Part shown: in pieces, positions 63,923 through 64,000 of the stretch
Layout: every line of letters starts with the position of its first letter
How positions within the stretch are numbered: position 1 is the first letter of the stretch
Assembly (NCBI GenBank): GCA_963702205.1
Contig: OY969724.1
Location: forward strand, 1,376,001-1,440,000
Source of the DNA: an uncultured candidate division Zixibacteria bacterium
GTDB lineage: Bacteria > Zixibacteria > MSB-5A5 > GN15 > PGXB01
Reading direction: 5' to 3'
DNA: 64,000 bases
Made by a program: the position numbers and the translations under genes
The notes under the pieces: model-generated
Database searches by the model: none
Told to the model about the DNA's origin: nothing
What the model saw: the letters and a program-made list of their open reading frames with translations, nothing else

Positions 63923-63944
63923 AGAAATCCGATTATAAGTACAT

Positions 63945-63977
63945 CAAAAAAACCCGCTCTCAATAGAGCGGGTTTTT
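63945..63977. terminator. Bidirectional terminator after eno
   Basis: AAAAAACCCGCTCT-CAAT-AGAGCGGGTTTTT. Confidence 0.85.
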
Positions 63978-64000
63978 CATGGGAGGGATATAAAAAAGGC

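Overview
Bacterial chromosomal segment, mostly housekeeping genes on the + strand: kdsA-kdsC-kdsD-lpxL-lptC, an ars cassette, radical SAM-rsmB-PASTA-rpe, ffh-rpsP-khpA-rimM-trmD-rplS, wzx/GT, pgsA-pgpA-cinA-thpR-recA, PPIases, pcrA, lon-engB, purA and eno. LPS genes plus secreted proteins carrying dockerin-like tags suggest a diderm of the FCB/Zixibacteria type (inference). Highlight: a complete IS110 element (7921-9092, - strand) whose RNA-guided recombination code can be read directly. Its non-coding end carries target and donor guide segments matching its own flanks and ends around a CT core. Its two ends would assemble a TTGACA-N17-TATATT promoter on circularisation, and it sits in the GTAG motif of a REP doublet. 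Other notable signals: (1) nested REP/MITE families; (2) an HctB-like histone with a sigma28-type promoter; (3) a sigma54-driven orphan sRNA candidate; (4) a pseudoknotted ncRNA after rplS; (5) a possible Zn-binding bL38; (6) an orphan pair with a T6SS-like domain and an OmpA-like domain; (7) a dockerin-protease cassette bounded by a duplicated terminator, in which two adjacent genes each contain an in-frame TAG. No tRNA, rRNA or CRISPR array was seen. All family assignments come from motif recognition, not database searches.
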